A stretch of 64,000 nt of DNA from the human T2T-CHM13v2.0 reference genome, Homo sapiens (GCF_009914755.1 NC_060930.1), one strand, 5' to 3'. Counted from the stretch's first letter, positions 1 through 13,809 are shown. Program-made: numbers and translations. The notes: a model not told the origin generated them from the letters alone.

Positions 1-360
1 TGTGACAAGCCAGTTCTACACGCATAGCCTAGGTGTGAGACTAAAAGCTTTCCTCATTGACTTAAATTTGGATAACAGTGAGGTGTGGTGGGTATGATGT
101 GTGCTTAGATGTGAGAGAAAAGCTCTACTCACCTGTAGGAGATTGTTTTTCAGTAGACTCCATCTCTAATCAAGACAGTTATGAAAAGCAAAGTGAACTG
201 AAGTTGTTTCTGTATTCATTTTATTGCAAAGGAGCTACATCTTAGGTAAAAATTATGACCAACCAGATTAAACTCTACCCACATCCTGTATTTTAAGGTC
301 TAAGTTTAACTGGACAACATTTATATGGATTGGAGCTATTAGTACATCAAATGTGATGGG

Positions 361-3300
361 TTTTTCTGTTGTTTGGAATAGTTTCAGAAGGAATGGTACC
401 TGCTCCTCTTTGTACCTCTGGTAGAATTCGGCTGTGAATCCATCTGGTCATGAGCTTTTATGGTTGATAGGCTATTAATTACTGCCTCAATTTCAGAACT
501 TGTTACTGGTCTATTCAGGGATTTGGCTTCTTCCTGGTTTAGTCTTGGGAGGGTGTATGTGTAGAGGAATTTATCCATTTCTTCTAGATGTCTAGTTTAT
601 TTGCGTAGAGGTGTTTATAGTACTCTGACAGTAGTTTGTATTTCTGTGGGATCACTGGTGATATCCTCTTTATCATTTCTTATTGTGTCTATTTGACTCT
701 TCTCTCTTTTCTCCTTTATTAATCTAGCTATTGGTCTAACTATTTTGTTAATCTTTTCAAAAAACCAGCTCCTGGATTCATTGATTTTTTTCAAGGGTTT
801 TTTGTGTCTCTATCTCCCTCAGTTCTGTTCTGATCTTAGTTATTTCTTGTCTCCTGCTAGCTTTTGAATTTGTTTGCTCTTGCTTCTCTAGTTCTTTTGT
901 GATGTTAGGGTGTTGATTTTAGATCTTTCCTCCTTTCTCTTTTGGGCATTTAGTGCTATAAATTTCCTTAACACTGCTTTAGCTATGTCCCAGAGATTCT
1001 GGTATGTTGTGTCTTTGTTCTCATTGGTTTCATTTATTTCTGCCTACATTTCGTTATGTACCCAGTAGTCATTCAACAGCAAGTTGTTCAGTTTCCATGT
1101 AGTTGTGCGGTTTTCAGTGAGTTTCTCAATCTTATGTTCTAATTTGAGTCTGAGAGACTTACGATTTCCATTCTTTTGCATTTGCTGAGGAGTGTTTTAC
1201 TTCCAATTATGTGGTTGATTTTAGAATCAGTGCAATGTGGTGCTGAGAAGAATGAATATTCTGTTGATTTGGGGTACAGAGTTCTGTAGATGTCTATTAG
1301 GTCCACTTGGTCCAGAACTGAGTTCAAGTCCTGAATATCCTTGTTAATTTTCTGTCTCGTTGATGTAATGTTGACAGTGGGGTGTTAAAGTCTCCTACTC
1401 TTATTGTGTGGGAGTCTACATCTCTTTGTAGGTCTCTAAGAACTTGTTTTATAAATCTAGGTGCTCCTGTATTGAGTGCATATATATTTAGGATAGTTAG
1501 CTCTTCTTGTTGCATTGATCCCTTTACCATTATGTAATGCCCTTTGTTGTCCTTTTTGATCTTTGTTGGTTTAAAGTCTGTTTTATCAGAGACTAGAATT
1601 GCAACCCCTGCTTTTTTTTGCTTTCCATTTGCTTAGTAAATATTCCTCCATCCCTTTATTTTGAGCCTATGTGTGTCTTTGCATGTGAGATGGGTCTCCT
1701 GAATACAGCACACCAATAGGTCTTAACTGCTTATCCAATTGCCAGTCTGTGTCTTTTAATTAGGGCATTTAGCCCATTTACATTTAAGGTTAATATTGTT
1801 ATGGGTAAATCTGATCCTGTCATCATGATGCTAGCTGGTTATTTTGCACATTAGTTGATGCAATTTCTTCATAGTGTCATTGGTCTTTACATTTTGGTGT
1901 GTTTTTGCAGTGGCTGGTACTGGTTTTTCCTTTCCATATTTAGTGCTTCCTTCAGGAGCTCTTCTGGTGGTGACAAAATACCTCAGCATTTGCTTGTCTG
2001 GAAAGGATTTTATTTCTCCTTCACTTATGAAGCTTAATTTGACTGGATATGAAATTCTGGATTGAAAATTCTTTCAGAATGTTGAATATTGGCCCCTACC
2101 CTCTTCTGGTTTGTAGGGTTTCTGCAGAGAGATTTGCTGTTAGTCTGATGGGCTTCCCTTTGTAGGTTACTTGACCTTTCTCTCTGGCTACCCTTAACAT
2201 TTTTTCCTTCGTTTCAACCTTGGAGAATCTGCAATTGTGTGTCTTGAGGTTGCTTTTCTCAAGTAGTATCTTAGTGGTGTTCTCCGTATTTCCTGAATTT
2301 GATTGTTGGCCTGTCTTGCTAGGTTGGGGAAGTTCTCCTGGATAATATACTGAAGAGTGTTTTCCAACTTGGTTCCATTCTCCCCATCACTTTCAGGGAC
2401 TCCAAATAATCATAGGTTTGGTCTTTTCACATAGTCCCTTATTTTTTGGAGGCTTTGTTTGTTCCTTTTTGTTTTTTCTCTAATCTTGTCTTCATGCCTT
2501 ATTTCACTAACTTGATCTTCAATCTCTGATATCCTTTCTCCCCCTTGATGAATTCAGCTATTGATACTTGTGTATGGTTCATGAAGTTCTCATGCTGTGC
2601 TTTTCAGCTCCATCAGGTCATTTATGTTCCTCTCTAAACTGATTATTCTAGTTAGCAGTTCCTGTAACCTTTTGTCAAGGTTCTTAGCTTCCTTGCATTG
2701 GATTAGAACACGCTTCTTTAGCTCAGAGGCATTTGTTATTACCCACCTTCTGAAGCCTACTTCTGTCAGTTCATCAAACTCATTCTCTATCCAGCTTTGT
2801 GCCCTTTCTGGAGGAGTTGCGATCATTTGGAGGAGACGAGGCATTCTGGTTTTGGGAATTTTCAGTGTTTTTGTGCTGGTTTTTCCTCATCTTCGTGGAT
2901 TTATCTACCTTTGATCTTTGAGGCTGATGACCTTTGGATTGGGTTTCTGTGTGGGGGTCCTTTTTGTTGATCTTGATGTTGTTGCTTTCTGTTTGTTAGT
3001 TTTCCTTCTAACAGTCAGTCCCCTCTGCTGCAGATCTGCTGCCATTTGCTGGAGGTCCACTCCAGACCCTATATTTGCCTGGGTATCACTAGTGGAGGCC
3101 GCAGAACAGCAAAGGTTGCTGCCTGCTCCTTCCTCTGGAAGCTTCGTCCCAGAGGTGCCCCATCCTGATGCCAGCCAGAGCTCTCCTGCAATAGGCAGAG
3201 ATGCCTGTTGACCCCTGTTGGGAGGTCTCTCCCAGTCAGGAGGCATGGGGGTCAGGACCCACTTGAGGAGGCAGTCTGTCTCTTAGCAGAGCTCAAGAGC

Positions 3301-3853
3301 TGTGCTGGGAGATTCGCTGCTCTGTTCAGAGCCGGCAGGTAGGAATTAAGTCTGCTGAAGCTGTGCCCACAGCCACCCCTTCTCCCAGGTGCTCTGTCGC
3401 AGGGGAGATGGGAGCTTTATCTATAAGTCCCTGACTGGGGCTTCTGCCTTTTAGAGATGCCCTGCCCAGTGAAGAGGAATCTAGAGAAGCAGGGTGGCCA
3501 CAGCCGCTTTGCTGTGCTGTGTTGATTTCTGTGCAGTCCGAACTTCCAGGTCTCCTTAGCACTGTCAGGGGAAAACTGCCTACTTAAGCCTCAGTAATGG
3601 CTGATGCCCCTCCTCCCAACAAGCTCGATCTTCCCAGGTCAACTTCAGACTGCTGTGCTGGCAGTGAGAATTTCAAGCCAATGGTTCTTAGCTTGCTGGG
3701 CTCCATGGGAATGGGACCCACTGAGTGAGACCACTTGGCTCCCTGGCTTCAGCCCCCTTTCCAGGGGAGTAAACAGTTCTGTCTTGCTGTGGTTCCAGTG
3801 CCACTGGGGTATGAAAAAAACATTCTTGCAGCTAGCTCCGTGTCTGCCCAAAC
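361..3853 (-). mobile_element. L1PA8-type LINE-1 fragment (most of 5'UTR, ORF1, 5' part of ORF2), decayed
   Basis: Minus-strand ORF pieces match L1 ORF1 (WIENEFDELTEVGFRRWVIT) and ORF2 endonuclease (MVKGSMQQEELTILNIYA; [17 protein letters not shown]). The 5'UTR is homologous to 25150-26120. Broken by stops and frameshifts; lacks the first ~350 bp and the whole 3' part within this window. Confidence 0.95.
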
Positions 3854-4019
3854 TAGCTCTTATTTTTCTTATGCTCTTAATCGCTTAGGTCTAAGTGTAC
3901 ATAAGGGTGAAAATCCATTTAAAGAAATACTTGTATAGATTTAAAAATCTAATTGCTCCCTGGAGCTAATCTGTATAATAAATTGATTACTAAACTGATT
4001 ACATATTTTAAAAGGCGGG

Positions 4020-4710
4020 AGATATACAAAGAATTCCTACAACTCAAGAATAAAAATATAAGCAACACAAGGTTTTAAAAAACAGGCCAAAGATTTGAAT
4101 AGACATTTCATCATAAAAGATATACATATGGCCAGTGGGCACATATAAAAAAGTATCCAACATCATTAGTCATTGGAGAAATGTAAATTAAAACCAAAAG
4201 TGAGTAGGAAACAAAAGCATTAAGAATAACTCATGTATTTCCATTTCTGGCCAAAATGCAGTAAGAAAGACCAGATTTATCCTCCTCTCTGAAACAACAA
4301 CAAAAAGACAAATACGTGAAACAGCGAGTCTTAGAACAAATTAGACAATGAAGAATGGTGATCTCCAAGAAACAGGAAATAAATGATGTGAGCCAATGAT
4401 TGCCCCAGTATACTATTTGGAGGAAGTTTTTTCAGGTCACAGGGCAGGGAAGAGGCACCTTTGTGGAGGTATCCTGGAACTGAGGAGACAGCTGAGAGTC
4501 TGGAGAGTAAGGTGGCTAGAGTGCCTAGGGCAGAGCACCAAAGACATGAGAGCTGCCCTGGGAAAACTTGAAGACCTACAGAAGGTCCCCCTCAAACATT
4601 CAGCTAAGTGCTGATCAGTGCATGTGTGTGGGAGAATGCCCAAGGTCAGGGGAAGAACCACTAAATTAACGTGAGGAAACAATCATCAGAGCTCACATAG
4701 TGCTAGAAAG
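4020..4710 (+). mobile_element. Old L1M fragments (ORF2 3' region followed by an L1MC/ME-type 5' piece)
   Basis: gatttgaatagacatttc...ccaacatcattagtcattggagaaatgtaaattaaaacca is typical of the L1 ORF2 3' end; 4240-4710 resembles L1M 5' ends. Confidence 0.6.
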
Positions 4711-5507
4711 GGTGAAAACTTGTGAATCTGTCTTCTGGGAATGTCAGGCTCTGTGACAGTCACACAGAGGTCAGTCTCTGCATACCCAAGACTTAAAAAC
4801 ATCTGTGAAATTGAACCGCTAACTCAGCAAGTGTTTCAGCAGGTGAGTCAACTATGTACCAAGCACTTGGAGCCATTAATAACACCCTACCAACCTGACT
4901 CAAAGTGTTGCTCAGGAAAAGTCTCTCTTAAGTGGGAACACCTCCCATGCTCATCAAATGCCACCATCCCCCAAAAGCTTCCTCCACACCAGCCATCTTT
5001 CTGGGTACTCCTCCTAGCTTGCCACCCCTAAGCCCTGGGACTTTTCCTTCCTGCTCTTTCCCATCAATACTGCCCTGTCTCATTCCTTCAGGACCTGGCC
5101 CCTCTGCTACTCAAAGTGGCAGCAAGCCTTCTCATAGCCTAACCAGCGCAAATGAGTGAGAAGCTGAGAGTTAAAGTGATTTCACCCAGTCACTCTCCTT
5201 CTCAGTGCAATGCGTTATGTAGTAGCAGTAGGGGTTTTCAGGAAATGCATGATCTCAACACGGAATAGCTGCCGTGTGGACATTGCTGGTATGCTAGCAA
5301 ACAGAGTGAGGAAGAGTTTGGAGCAAGCAGGCATGACCATGCCCCCTTAAATCCCATCAAAGACAAAGTGACATTTTTCTCCACACATAATCCACCCCTG
5401 GGAAGATGCAGGACAGAGTCACAGAGCATTTCACATGTGTTAGGGGAATGTCCTATGTGTTTGGGGAAAACAAAAGGAAGATAGGAAGGAGGAAAAAATA
5501 AAGGAGA

Positions 5508-5590
5508 TTCAGTCAACAAGCACTAGTTGAATATCCTACACATGCCAGGTACTGCTCTAGGTTTTGGGGTTATAGCAGTGAACAAATGGT
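5508..5590 (-). mobile_element. L2 3' end fragment
   Basis: ttcagtcaacaagcactagttgaatatcctacacatgccaggtactg resembles the reverse complement of the L2 terminus. Confidence 0.6.
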
Positions 5591-6622
5591 TTTGTTCCTT
5601 TTATACTACCATGGAAATTTCCACCTTGGAGGACACAGAACTTTGAATGTGTCTTTGTAAGAAGTTTCCCAGATAAGTTTGATTGTCAGGCAATTTGAGG
5701 AACCACTATTGAAGCAACAGTTGAGATTCTTCTCATTGATCCAAAAAGCAACCTACAATACTCATGGCTGTTGACTTTGGAAAACAGTTTTATTGAATAT
5801 CAAGGTGCTATCTTTCTTCACACAGTCTACCAAAGGTTTGCTTTGATGTCCTCCTAATCCTTCTCCAAACACTGAGGCCCCTCCCAATCTACTCCATATA
5901 CTTATGCTTTGTGTATCAGGTCCCACCTGCACCTCTTAGAAAGTACCCCAACTCCCAATTATTTATCAGTCTCTTCACCACATGCCCATCAATTATATTT
6001 AGCAATATAATACGTACTGAGGACTTTTGATAAGAGGTATGTTCCTTCTGATTTATACATATTTTCTCATGTCATCCTAAAACTTTATGTAGTGGGTATT
6101 ATCCTGCAGAAGAGGAAAGTGAGACAGACAGATTATATAACAAGACCATTGTTACTGAGAATGAGGTCATTCTTTATGTATTAACATGACCTTCCATCTT
6201 TCTACTGTGCCTCCATCATACTGAATAATACCTTAAGTTTTGAAATTGAGAGGGAGAAGAGGGAGAGAGAGAGAAAAGGAGAGAGACCTAGAGGGAATTG
6301 GGGGAAGAGAGGGGGAGAGGCTCTTAAATACAACACCTCTTCCATTTACTTGATATATGAACTTCACCTCTTAAAGCCTCTTTTCCACATCTGCAACAGA
6401 GAAATAATGACTCCTACTCTATGTAGGTTGTGGGGTTTAAATGAGGTTATGGATATAAAGCTTCTAAGTACTGCACTTGCTACATGATAAGCTTAAGTAT
6501 GTGATAATAACAGCCCTATATCCATATACTCTGTTTTTTCTTCAGTTTTTTTTTTTAAACCAGTATCTGACATTATATTGTGTGCGTGGTAGGTGGGTGT
6601 ATTATCTCTCTGTCCCACTGTA

Positions 6623-6921
6623 TTTTTTTTTTTTTTTTGAGACAAAGTCTCACTCTTGTTGCCCAGGCTGGAGTGCAATGGCATGACTTCGACTCACCGC
6701 AGCCTCTGCCTCCCAGGTTCAAGTGATTCTCTTGCCTCAGTCTCCCAAGTAACCAGGATTACAGACGTACGCCAACACACCCAGCTAATTTTTGCATTTT
6801 TAATAGAGACGGGGTTTCACTATGTTGGCCCAGGCTGATCTTGAACTCCCAACCTCAGGTGATCCACCCGCCTCAGCCTCCCAAAGTACTGGGATTACAG
6901 GCATGAGCCACTGCACCGTGC
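6623..6921 (-). mobile_element. AluS
   Basis: Full dimer with poly-T; TSD ctgtccca(c/t)tgta on both sides. Confidence 0.95.
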
Positions 6922-6934
6922 TGTCCCATTGTAT

Positions 6935-7048
6935 ATCATAAGCTCCACATGAGAAGGAATTTTGCCACATTTACCTCTGTATCCACAGTGCTTACAATGA
7001 TGGCTGGCTTCTAGTAGGCACACTTTAAGTATTTGTTGAAGGAATGGT
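6935..7048 (+). mobile_element. L2 3' end
   Basis: Ends tagtaggcacactttaagtatttgttgaaggaatg. Confidence 0.6.
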
Positions 7049-7997
7049 TGTTATGACCATAATCTTCCCTACAGCACCTTACTACAAACATAGTAGTTGC
7101 CCTACGAATGCTTTCTATGTGGTTTGCAGTAAATAGAATGCAAAACCCTTATTATCATACTATATTGCCACCCATCTCAGCTAAACTGAATGAATAAATA
7201 ACCTTCTGGCTGGGGTAACCTATTTGAAGATAGAGGTCACAAAAACAAAGAGGGCATTTAATAAATATTGATTATTCATTACATTGCCTGCTTTCTACCC
7301 TGGCCTCTAGGAAAAAAAAAGTTCAGTGAATGTCATTCCTTCTAAGATGTATATTTAAACCTTTAAGATCTCCCGTATTTTTATAAATTTCCTAAAATAT
7401 TGTATTATTTTTACAAATGGAAACAAAATTTTAATTGAGAAAAAATAATACAATAACTTAGCATGGAAAAAAGCACTGCACTCTAACCTGGGCGATAGCT
7501 CAAGACCCTGTCTCAAAAAAAAAAAAGAGAGGGTATTTAAGGTAAAGTCAAATCTTTCTTGCTCCATCTCTAACATCTGTCCCTAGAGGCAGCCAAATGG
7601 TAGTTTGGCATTTATCAGGATGACCAGGATGTCAGATTCTGTCTTTTTGTGTTTGATGTTACCAACCATTAATGTTCAATTCTATGATTTATCATTTCAT
7701 CAGGGGCTTGCAAAAGGGCAAAACTCCATCACTTCTTTTTCATACATTAACTATAATCCTTTGGTAAGATAAATTTCCCTTTACCTACAACTTGCTTACC
7801 CAGTTGTACAGTTTGCAAAGAAAAGAATACATAATATTTTTCTTTAATTATTTTTCAAAATAAGGAGTTGGTTTCCTAGGACCCTCTAATTTTAGTTACA
7901 TTATGAACACATTGCGTTAAACATATTTGATGAGTTTGAATCCACTCATTACTTGTATTAGTGCTCATATCATCCCATTTTGGTCAGTGAGAAGCCT

Positions 7998-9232
7998 ATT
8001 TTTTAACTGGCAAATAAAGTGTGTATATTTAGAGTATACATGATGTTATGATATATGCATACATTGTGGAATGGCTGAATAGAGCTAATTAACATATATG
8101 TTACCTCACATACTTTTTTTGTGGTGAGAACACTTAAAATTTGATCTCAGCAATTTTCAAGTATACAATATGTTAACTATAGTGAACACAATGGACAATA
8201 GATTTCTTGAATTTATTCCTCCTGTCCAACTGAAATTTTGTATCCTTTGACTAACATCTTCCCAATTCGCCCATCTCCCAGCCTTTGGTAACCATCACTC
8301 TACTTTCTGCCTTGATGAATTTGACTTTTTTAAATCTTACAATTGCTATGTTGAAAGATGGTATTCCCTCCAAAACTCATGTTGAAACTTAATCCCCATG
8401 CAAAAGTATTAAGAGCTGTGGCCTTTGGAAGGTGATTCAGTCATGAGGGCTCTACCCTCATGAATGGAATTCGCACACTTTTAAAAGGGCTCAAGGTTGA
8501 AGGGAGAGTCCTCTTGCTCCTATGCTCTTCTGCCATGTGAGGACAGTGTTCTTCCCCTCCAAAGGATGCAGCAACTAGTTGCCAATTTGGAAGCAGAGAT
8601 TGGGTCCTCACCATGTATCAAACCTGCCAGTGTCTTTTTCTTGAACTTCCCAGCCTCCAGAACTATGAGAAATACATTCCTGTTGAAAAATTACCAGTCT
8701 GTGATATTTTATTATACCAATATCAAACAGACTAAGACATACATATAAATGCGATCATGCAGTATTTGTCTTTTTGTGCTGGCTTATTTCATTTAATATA
8801 ATGTGCTCTAGTTTCATCTATGTTGTCACAAATGACAGCATTTCCTTCTTTTTTTAAGGCTGAATAGTATTCCATTGTGTGTATATACACATTTTCCTTA
8901 TCCTTTTATTCACGATAGATTGAGGTTGATTCCGTATCTTGGCTATTGTGATTAATGCTGCAATAAACATGGGAGTGCAGATATTCTCTTTTCAAATATC
9001 TCTGACACACTCACTTCAATTCCTTTGGATATATACCCATTAATGGGATTACTGGGTCATATGATAGTTCTATTTTAAATTTTGGGGGGAAACTTCATAG
9101 TGTTTTCCATAGCAGCAGTGCTATTTTATACTTTCACCAGCAATTTAAGGGTTCCCTTTCTTCTATATCCTCACCAACATTGTTATCTTTCATCTTGTTG
9201 ATAATAGCTGCTCTAACAGGTGCGAAGTGGTA
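7998..9232 (-). mobile_element. L1MA 3' end, inserted in an older L1MC and interrupted by a MaLR LTR
   Basis: L1MA 3'UTR motifs (gtgagaacacttaaaat; ggctgaatagtattccattgtgtgtatatac). L1MC-like sequence resumes at 9240-9440. Confidence 0.8.
8344..8739 (+). mobile_element. MaLR solo LTR (MST family)
   Basis: TG...CA termini (tgctatg...ctaagaca); aaaactcatgttgaaacttaatcccc; ttcccagcctccagaactatgagaaata. Confidence 0.85.
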
Positions 9233-9456
9233 AGTAGGAAGCTTTTCAAGCTGGCCCTTGTGAGTCATTTTGAGATGACCCCAATAGTATTTGATATTTC
9301 CTTGCCTCTCATATAACAAGATATTCCATGTTCTTCGTGTATATTTTGTGTCCAACACCTTGAATCAGCTATTTCTCCTAAAAGTTTTGGTTCTTCTTGC
9401 TGGAAAATGTGTCTGGAAACCACAATCTAGGTGCTAGAGGATAGATGTCAATTTGA

Positions 9457-9709
9457 GGCCGGGTGCGGCGGCTCATATCTGTAATCCTGGCACTTTGGGA
9501 GGCCAGGCAAGTGGATCACTTGATGTCAGGAGTTCAGGAGCAGCCTGGCCAACATGGTGAAGCCCTGTTTCTACTAAAAACACACAAAAAAATTAGCCAG
9601 ATGTGGTGGCACACACCTGTAGTCCCAGTGAGCTGAGATCATGCCACTGCACTCCAGCCTGGGCAACAGAGTAAGACTCTGTCTCCAAAAAAAAAAAAAA
9701 AAAAAAAAA
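9457..9709 (+). mobile_element. AluS with an internal right-arm deletion
   Basis: TSD gtcaatttg; gtagtcccag runs directly into tgagctgaga. Confidence 0.95.
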
Positions 9710-12080
9710 GTCAATTTGCTTACTTTTGGATGCTGTAAAGAATTTCCTTCAAACTGTAGACAGTCCTAACAGCACTTGATTATTTAGAAATTCATTATCT
9801 GGATCTCTTGCTTTTTATAAGTGCTTTTGTATCTGTGCCCTTTCTGAGACTCGGAGTTTAAAAACCATAACCTCTTCTTCACCAGTCCCTGGCCCAAAGT
9901 TTGTAACATGCTAGACACTCAGAACATATTCATTGAATGAGAAAAATCAGGCTTTAGATGCTAAAAGAAATGACCAGAAATGAGTTTCAAAAATATGAGA
10001 AGAAACGGCAGCATAGTTAGAATAACCTGGTAGCCTCTGAGGACATTATTTTAATAGGGTCTACATTTGCTTGGCTGTTTAAATTCATGTTTACTTAAAA
10101 AGAAATTACATTAAAGACCTATGCTATATTTTTGAAAGGGCATTTCTGAGTTGGTTCAAAGGTTGTGGGTTATTGTTAAGTTGACTGACATTGTCTCCTC
10201 CAAAAACCACCCTTGACTAGTTCTAAAACAAAAGAGTTTCTGTGAAAAGATACAAGTTTTAATTTTCTATTCAGGTCATCCTCAGAGAATTTCAACCTAT
10301 GATGATTATCAGAGACAAAAAGGGGCAAAGCAGGTCTAAGATAACAGCAGATAGTGTGGATAAATGTGCCAAGAGTGATGGAAATTCAGCCCCTCCCTGT
10401 TGGGCAGGGAGTTGGCAGGGTTGGGGTACATGGCAAGTTAGCCGAGATGAGGCTCCTGGTTGGCTGGGTGGGGAAGTACAGGGATAGAATGCGCCTGTGA
10501 AGCTACTGATTGGCCCTGGACAGTTTGCAGCTTTGAGTGGGAGGGGTAGGATCTGAAGAAGAGCAACAGAGGTCTTTGGCAGGAATTGGGGTAAGGTGGT
10601 GGAGGGGAATCTGGTTCTTGTTAAGAAGCAGAGAAAGGATAGGCAAAAACAAATGGTCTTACTGTCTTTCTCCAGTGCCTCATCTATTATAGCTTTCTGC
10701 TGAATTTTGCTCCCACAAACCCCTTCTTTGCTCTTTCTCCAGCTGCTCCCTTAATCATTCTATTCCTCTTTCTGGCTGACAGCCTCTTTCTCTAGTAGCG
10801 TTTAATTGACCTTAACTCACAACAGAGGAATAAACTTTTTGCTCACTAATGGCAAAAATCCAACTCTGGCTACTTCCAGCAAAAGACAGGTTAGCGTAAG
10901 AAACTTGGTATCAATGAGAATCATGTAGGCAAGCTAAGAGAACGGGCCTTGGAGATTGGCAGGATCCAGGGTAGCTCTAAGGACTAGAAAGTGGGAGCCA
11001 AAGGATTGGTTTCCCAGCAGGAACAGTCTGGTCAAGGAGGTCACTGCTAGGGTAAACCTTTTGTGAAAATCTCAGTGACCTCCCTTGGCCAGGTCATGAG
11101 AAGAAGGAGCTTATGAAGTAAGAGGCAGACCACTGGATTTCCTCTCCCATGAAGGCTGTACATGATAGAGCGGATGTGTTTGGAAACTGGCAGTGCTATT
11201 AGAAAGAGATAGTGAATGCCAAGCAGCCAAAAAAAAAAAAAAAAAAGAAAGAAAAAAAAACGTTTTTTTACTCAAAGACATCAACTTATTATCACAATTA
11301 CTTAGTGATTCAAATCCTGTGATTTCTCTCTTAATTTCTTAAATTTTCAAAGTTAGTGCTCTCGGTGTCTTAAAAACAATTTTTTTTAAATTTTTAAAAT
11401 TAAAAACTTATGTCCTCGTTTTATTTTCTTCTGATGAGTCAGCGACCTTAAGAATCCAAAGCTCTGCACCCCTGGACTAAGGCCAGGAGTGAAAATCCAT
11501 TACTAAGATTAGTCAGCCCTGAAAAAAAAACACCCTTTTCCCTCTGGCATTTTCATTACTTCTCTCCGCCCCAGTAGAAACAATTAGCCGTTGAAACTAA
11601 GTTGTTTTTTTCCTTCCTTTTCAACTTATTATGAAAATTTTCACAATATACAAATGTTGAGAGTATTATATAATGAAACTCCTTGAGCCAGCTTCAACAA
11701 TTCATCTCTGCCCACACACCCTTACATCCATGCATGCAACCTCACACAATTTTGTTCTCCTTAGTTGGATGATTCTAAAGCCAACCCCAGACATATGATT
11801 TTATCCTGCAATATTTTATTATGTTTCTCTAAAATACAAAGACTCTGAAGAACGATAACCATAATATCACTACCAAACCTAATACATTTATTAAAAATTA
11901 TTTCCTATCCTCAAATATCAAGTCTATGGTCAAGTTTTCCCAATTGTCTCATCTATTTCTGGATCAAATCAGGATCCAAATGTGGTCTGTACATTCTGGC
12001 CAAATTTTTAAGGAGATTACAGTAACTGCCCAAACTTTTATAGTCTCAGTTTGAAGTTTGAACACAGCTTTTTCTTTCCA

Positions 12081-12362
12081 TTTTTTTTTTTTTGAGATAG
12101 CATCTTCCTCTATCACCCAGGCTGGAGTGCAGTTGCGCTGGAGTGCACAGCCTCTGAGTTCAAGTGATTCTCATGTCCCAACGACCTGAGTAGCTGGGAT
12201 TACAGGCGTACACCACCACGCCCAGCTAATATTTGTATTTTTAGTAGAGAGAGGGTTTCAACATGTTGGTCAGGCTGGTCTTAAACTCCTGACCTCAAGT
12301 GATCCAACCACGTCGGCTTCCCAAAGTGCTAAGATTACAGGCTTGAGCCACCTACGCCCACC
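12081..12362 (-). mobile_element. Alu (S/J)
   Basis: Poly-T plus Alu consensus. Confidence 0.93.
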
Positions 12363-12482
12363 CTATTTATTTCAATAGCTCTTTGGGGAACAGGTGGTGT
12401 TTGGTGACGTGAATATGTTCTTTAGTGGTGATTTCTGAGATTTTGGCACACCCATCACCTGAGCAGTGTACACTGAACACAG
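12363..12482 (-). mobile_element. L1PB/L1PA16-type 3' terminal fragment
   Basis: ggggaacaggtggtgtttgg...ggtgatttctgagattttggcacacccatcacctgagcagtgtacactg. Confidence 0.8.
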
Positions 12483-13474
12483 TTTTTTCATTTTAGTTTT
12501 CTTTGGTTGGTAGTCTAAGCTCATCTCTGTCCTGAAGCTGCCATAGTTGCAAGTATTGAAGTGATTCAGCATCCCTCAGCCCATGTCTTCAGGTTAAATA
12601 AGCATATCTTGCAACTTCATTAAGAACAACTATCCAGGCCTTTTTAAAAATGCTATTATTATTTCTTCTCAAAGAATAGAGAAAGTAGCAACTGTTTTCT
12701 AAAATGTAGAGTTTATTTACTGTAATATTGTTTATGGTGACTTCAGATTGGAACTAACTCAAAGGTCCACCAAGGAGCTTGGCTAAACAGACTACCCTAT
12801 GCCCAAACTATACGAAACTATGCCACATTTAAAAATAATGAGGTCACTCTATCCGTAACAACGTGAAAATGCCAAATGCCTCGATATATTGGTGAATAAA
12901 AAATTAAATAGTATGAATAATGTGATCTATTTTTGCCTAAAAACAATGTTTCTAGATACACAGAAAGAAATCTCAAAGAATAACCACCAAATCTTGGAGG
13001 GAGGATGTAAAATTCTGGAGGAATTACACTTTCTACTTTTTACATTTTTGTATCATTTAAATGCTTTTATTATAAGTGTATATTAGCTTTATAATGTGAA
13101 AAAGATACTTCTATGATGAAATATTATGTAAATTTAAAGTATTATATAAATGATTTTCCTTCTTTCTTCAATCTTTCTCCAATATCAAAAATAATTTGGA
13201 ATTGACTCTACCACAGATACAATGTTATCAATTGGCAGAATATTTGAAGATACACCTCAATAGTCTTCCTCAATTCACAATATTGAACTATGACTATATG
13301 ACAGACACAGACGTAAGCTTTATCCCATTTAATCTCCAGAATAAATACCACTGTCTACATTTTACATGTAAGGAAACTGAAGCTTAGAGTGTCAAAGTCA
13401 CTTGCTTAAGTCACAGCTAGGATTCAAACCTTGGTCTCTTTCATGCCATGGCCCACAACTTCACCCTTTATGCA

Positions 13475-13703
13475 CAGGTGTCCAATTTCTTGGCTTTCCT
13501 GGGCCATAACATAAGAATTGCCTTGGGCCACACATAAAATACACAAATACTAATAGTAGCTGATGAGCTAAAACAAAAAAAAAATTGCAAGAAAAGCTCA
13601 TAATGTCATAATGTTTTAAGAAAGTTTATGAATTTGTCTTGAGCCATATTCAAAGCTGTCCTGGGCCGCCTGCGGCCTGTGGGCCACAGATTAGACAAGT
13701 TTG
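13475..13703. mobile_element. MER30 (hAT-Charlie DNA transposon)
   Basis: caggtgtccaat...gggccacacataaaatacac...gggccacagattagacaagtttg. Confidence 0.85.
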
Positions 13704-13809
13704 CTCTATAGCATACTGACTCTACCCTACTAAATATAACAAATGTACAAAAAAAGCAATATTCCAAAATCCAAGGCCATAATCCTCTCATATTTCTCTT
13801 TAGAGCCAC

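Noticed and set aside
3604-3888. Similar peptides at 3604..3888 (+) and 25170..25400 (-) suggesting a conserved gene
   Set aside because: Both are the antisense L1PA8 5'UTR in a non-ORF0 frame; the similarity reflects subfamily ancestry and the DNA differs at many sites.
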